DNA of 64,000 nucleotides from Chloroflexota bacterium (GTDB lineage Bacteria; Vulcanimicrobiota; JAMCWD01): NCBI GenBank assembly GCA_023475345.1, contig JAMCWD010000040.1, positions 22,137 to 86,136 of the forward strand, read 5' to 3'. Shown piece by piece: positions 62,887 to 64,000 of this stretch (position 1 is its first letter; each line of letters starts with the position of its first letter). The notes under the pieces were generated by a model. It saw only the letters and a program-made list of their open reading frames with translations, ran no database searches and was not told where the DNA came from. The position numbers and the translations under genes were made by a program.

Positions 62887-63016
62887 ACGGCCCGCGCCTT
62901 TAAGACGCGGGTTGATCACGCACGCTTTCGGATTCTTCCCCGGGTGCCCCTTACGGGGTCGGGGCGAGAGAAGAGGCGGAGGTGAAACCTAAAAAATGTG
63001 AAAGGAGGTGAAAGAT
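62887..63016 (+). promoter_or_regulatory. GC-rich structured 5' leader of rpsB (candidate ribosomal-protein autoregulatory leader)
   Basis: About 130 nt between the predicted TSS and the start codon. Hairpins cccgcg-cctttaaga-cgcggg and ccccg-ggtg-cccc-ttac-gggg-t-cgggg. The SD AGGAGG lies just downstream. Confidence 0.4.
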
Positions 63017-63943
63017 GTGGCCAGTATTACAATGAAACAACTCCTGGAAGCGGGGGTTCATTTCGGGCACCAGACAAGGCGCTGGAATCCCAAGATGGCC
63101 AAGTACATCTTCACCGAACGGAACGGAATTTACATCATCGACCTCCAGAAGACCCTGGTGAAGATCAAGGAGGCGTTTGAATTCATCCGTGACCTGGTAC
63201 GTGAAGGCAGCGACGTGCTTTTCGTCGGTACGAAGAAACAGGCCCAGGACGCCATAAAGACAGAAGCCGAGCGTTGTGGGATGTATTTCGTGAACCAGCG
63301 CTGGCTTGGCGGGACTTTAACCAACTTCAAGACCATCCAGAGCCGTATAAACAGGCTGAAAGAGCTCGATAAAATGGTCGAAGACGGGATGATGGAGCGT
63401 CTGAGCAAAAAAGAAGCCAAGAAGCTCATGGACCAGCGGACAAAGCTGGAGCGTTTCCTCGGCGGGATAAAGGACATGAGCACCCTGCCCGGAGCGATTT
63501 TCATAGTCGATCCCAAGAAAGAGCATATCGCCGTGGCGGAAGCCCGGAAGCTCAAGATCCCCATAGTCGCCATCGTGGATACCAACTGCGACCCCGACGA
63601 GATCGATTACCCTATACCGGGGAACGACGATGCCATAAGGGCGGTAAACCTCTTTACAGGCAAGCTTGCCGAAGTGGTTATGGAAGGGAAATCGGAGCTT
63701 GAAGCCCTGATGAAGGAAGACGAAGAAGCCCGTTCTTCAGGCAAGGATGAGCCGACTGCGGCGTTCGTCATGGAGATGGAAGTGGCTGAAGAAGTCGATC
63801 TCCAGGATACTACGTTCGCCCCGGAGCCTAAAGTAGATGTAAATATTTCGGAAGAATTCTTCGAAAAGGCTGAAGCCGGTTCGAGTTCCGAAGCGGAAAA
63901 TATGGACAGGGGCGAGTCGGTCAAGGCGAACGAACTGGTGTAG
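63017..63943 (+). CDS. rpsB: 30S ribosomal protein S2 with acidic C-terminal extension
   Basis: GTG 63017 lies 8 nt after AGGAGG and gives (M)[26 protein letters not shown]. The track opens at GTG 63008, inside the SD. The last approximately 70 aa are Glu/Asp-rich. Confidence 0.95.
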   Translation: MASITMKQLLEAGVHFGHQTRRWNPKMAKYIFTERNGIYIIDLQKTLVKIKEAFEFIRDLVREGSDVLFVGTKKQAQDAIKTEAERCGMYFVNQRWLGGTLTNFKTIQSRINRLKELDKMVEDGMMERLSKKEAKKLMDQRTKLERFLGGIKDMSTLPGAIFIVDPKKEHIAVAEARKLKIPIVAIVDTNCDPDEIDYPIPGNDDAIRAVNLFTGKLAEVVMEGKSELEALMKEDEEARSSGKDEPTAAFVMEMEVAEEVDLQDTTFAPEPKVDVNISEEFFEKAEAGSSSEAENMDRGESVKANELV

Positions 63944-63952
63944 TTTCAAGAT

Positions 63953-63989
63953 CGGGAGGGCCGGAAAGGCTCTCCCGGCTTATCTTTTT
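63953..63989 (+). terminator. Possible terminator/attenuator after rpsB
   Basis: 10-bp stem cgggagggcc/ggctctcccg (63953-63977), with TCTTTTT starting 6 nt downstream. Confidence 0.5.
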
Positions 63990-64000
63990 ATTATGATCCG

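Noticed and set aside
1-64000. Prophage, CRISPR-Cas, rRNA operon, tmRNA/RNase P/SRP RNA, riboswitches
   Set aside because: I scanned the longer intergenic regions for the conserved cores I know (tmRNA 3' end, RNase P GGAAAGUCC, TPP/SAM/cobalamin boxes, T-box) and for phage, integrase or cas-like ORFs. I found none. Absence by eye is not proof.

Overview
This 64-kb window appears to come from an uncultivated, probably anaerobic bacterium. It carries superoxide reductase plus a DpsL-type ferritin. It also has a prepilin-type pseudopilin and beta-barrel-like proteins ending in Phe, which suggests a diderm envelope. About two thirds is tightly packed housekeeping sequence. The recognisable genes are pdxS-pdxT, class II photolyase, a fused accD-accA, ychF-like, rsmA, deoB-punA-pdp, glcD/glcF-like, murI, tmk-holB-PSP1 (a Bacillus-like gene order), mmsA, mtnP, rpsB and one tRNA-Leu(CAA). 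There are also large repeat proteins (HEAT, TPR, WG, beta-helix). I saw no rRNA, CRISPR array, transposase, integrase or reverse transcriptase. The unusual content is as follows. (1) Three unrelated accessory proteins share an approximately 45-aa FlgM/flagellin-like N-terminal module (M-x-I-N/D ... D-x-V-x-L-S). One is fused to an apparent R-S-E ADP-ribosyltransferase core and one to a Vps62/DUF946-like domain. (2) The ART-like gene lies in an AT-richer ORFan block (about 57.15-61.3 kb) bracketed by mosaic direct and inverted repeats. (3) Two tandem monocistronic genes encode an identical 78-aa Gln-rich protein yet differ at 13 synonymous sites. (4) A translationally coupled pair of secreted paralogues each keeps only one half of a thioester-domain-like Cys/Gln motif pair. 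(5) One 838-aa protein fuses a cNMP-binding domain, a degenerate sigma54-type AAA+ domain and a NapH-like membrane Fe-S domain. (6) A family of MITE/BIME-like palindromic repeats, a (TCTCTTC)9 microsatellite abutting a tRNA promoter, and a (GGGGTTA)3GGG motif are present. All functional calls rest on motif recognition by eye; no searches were run.
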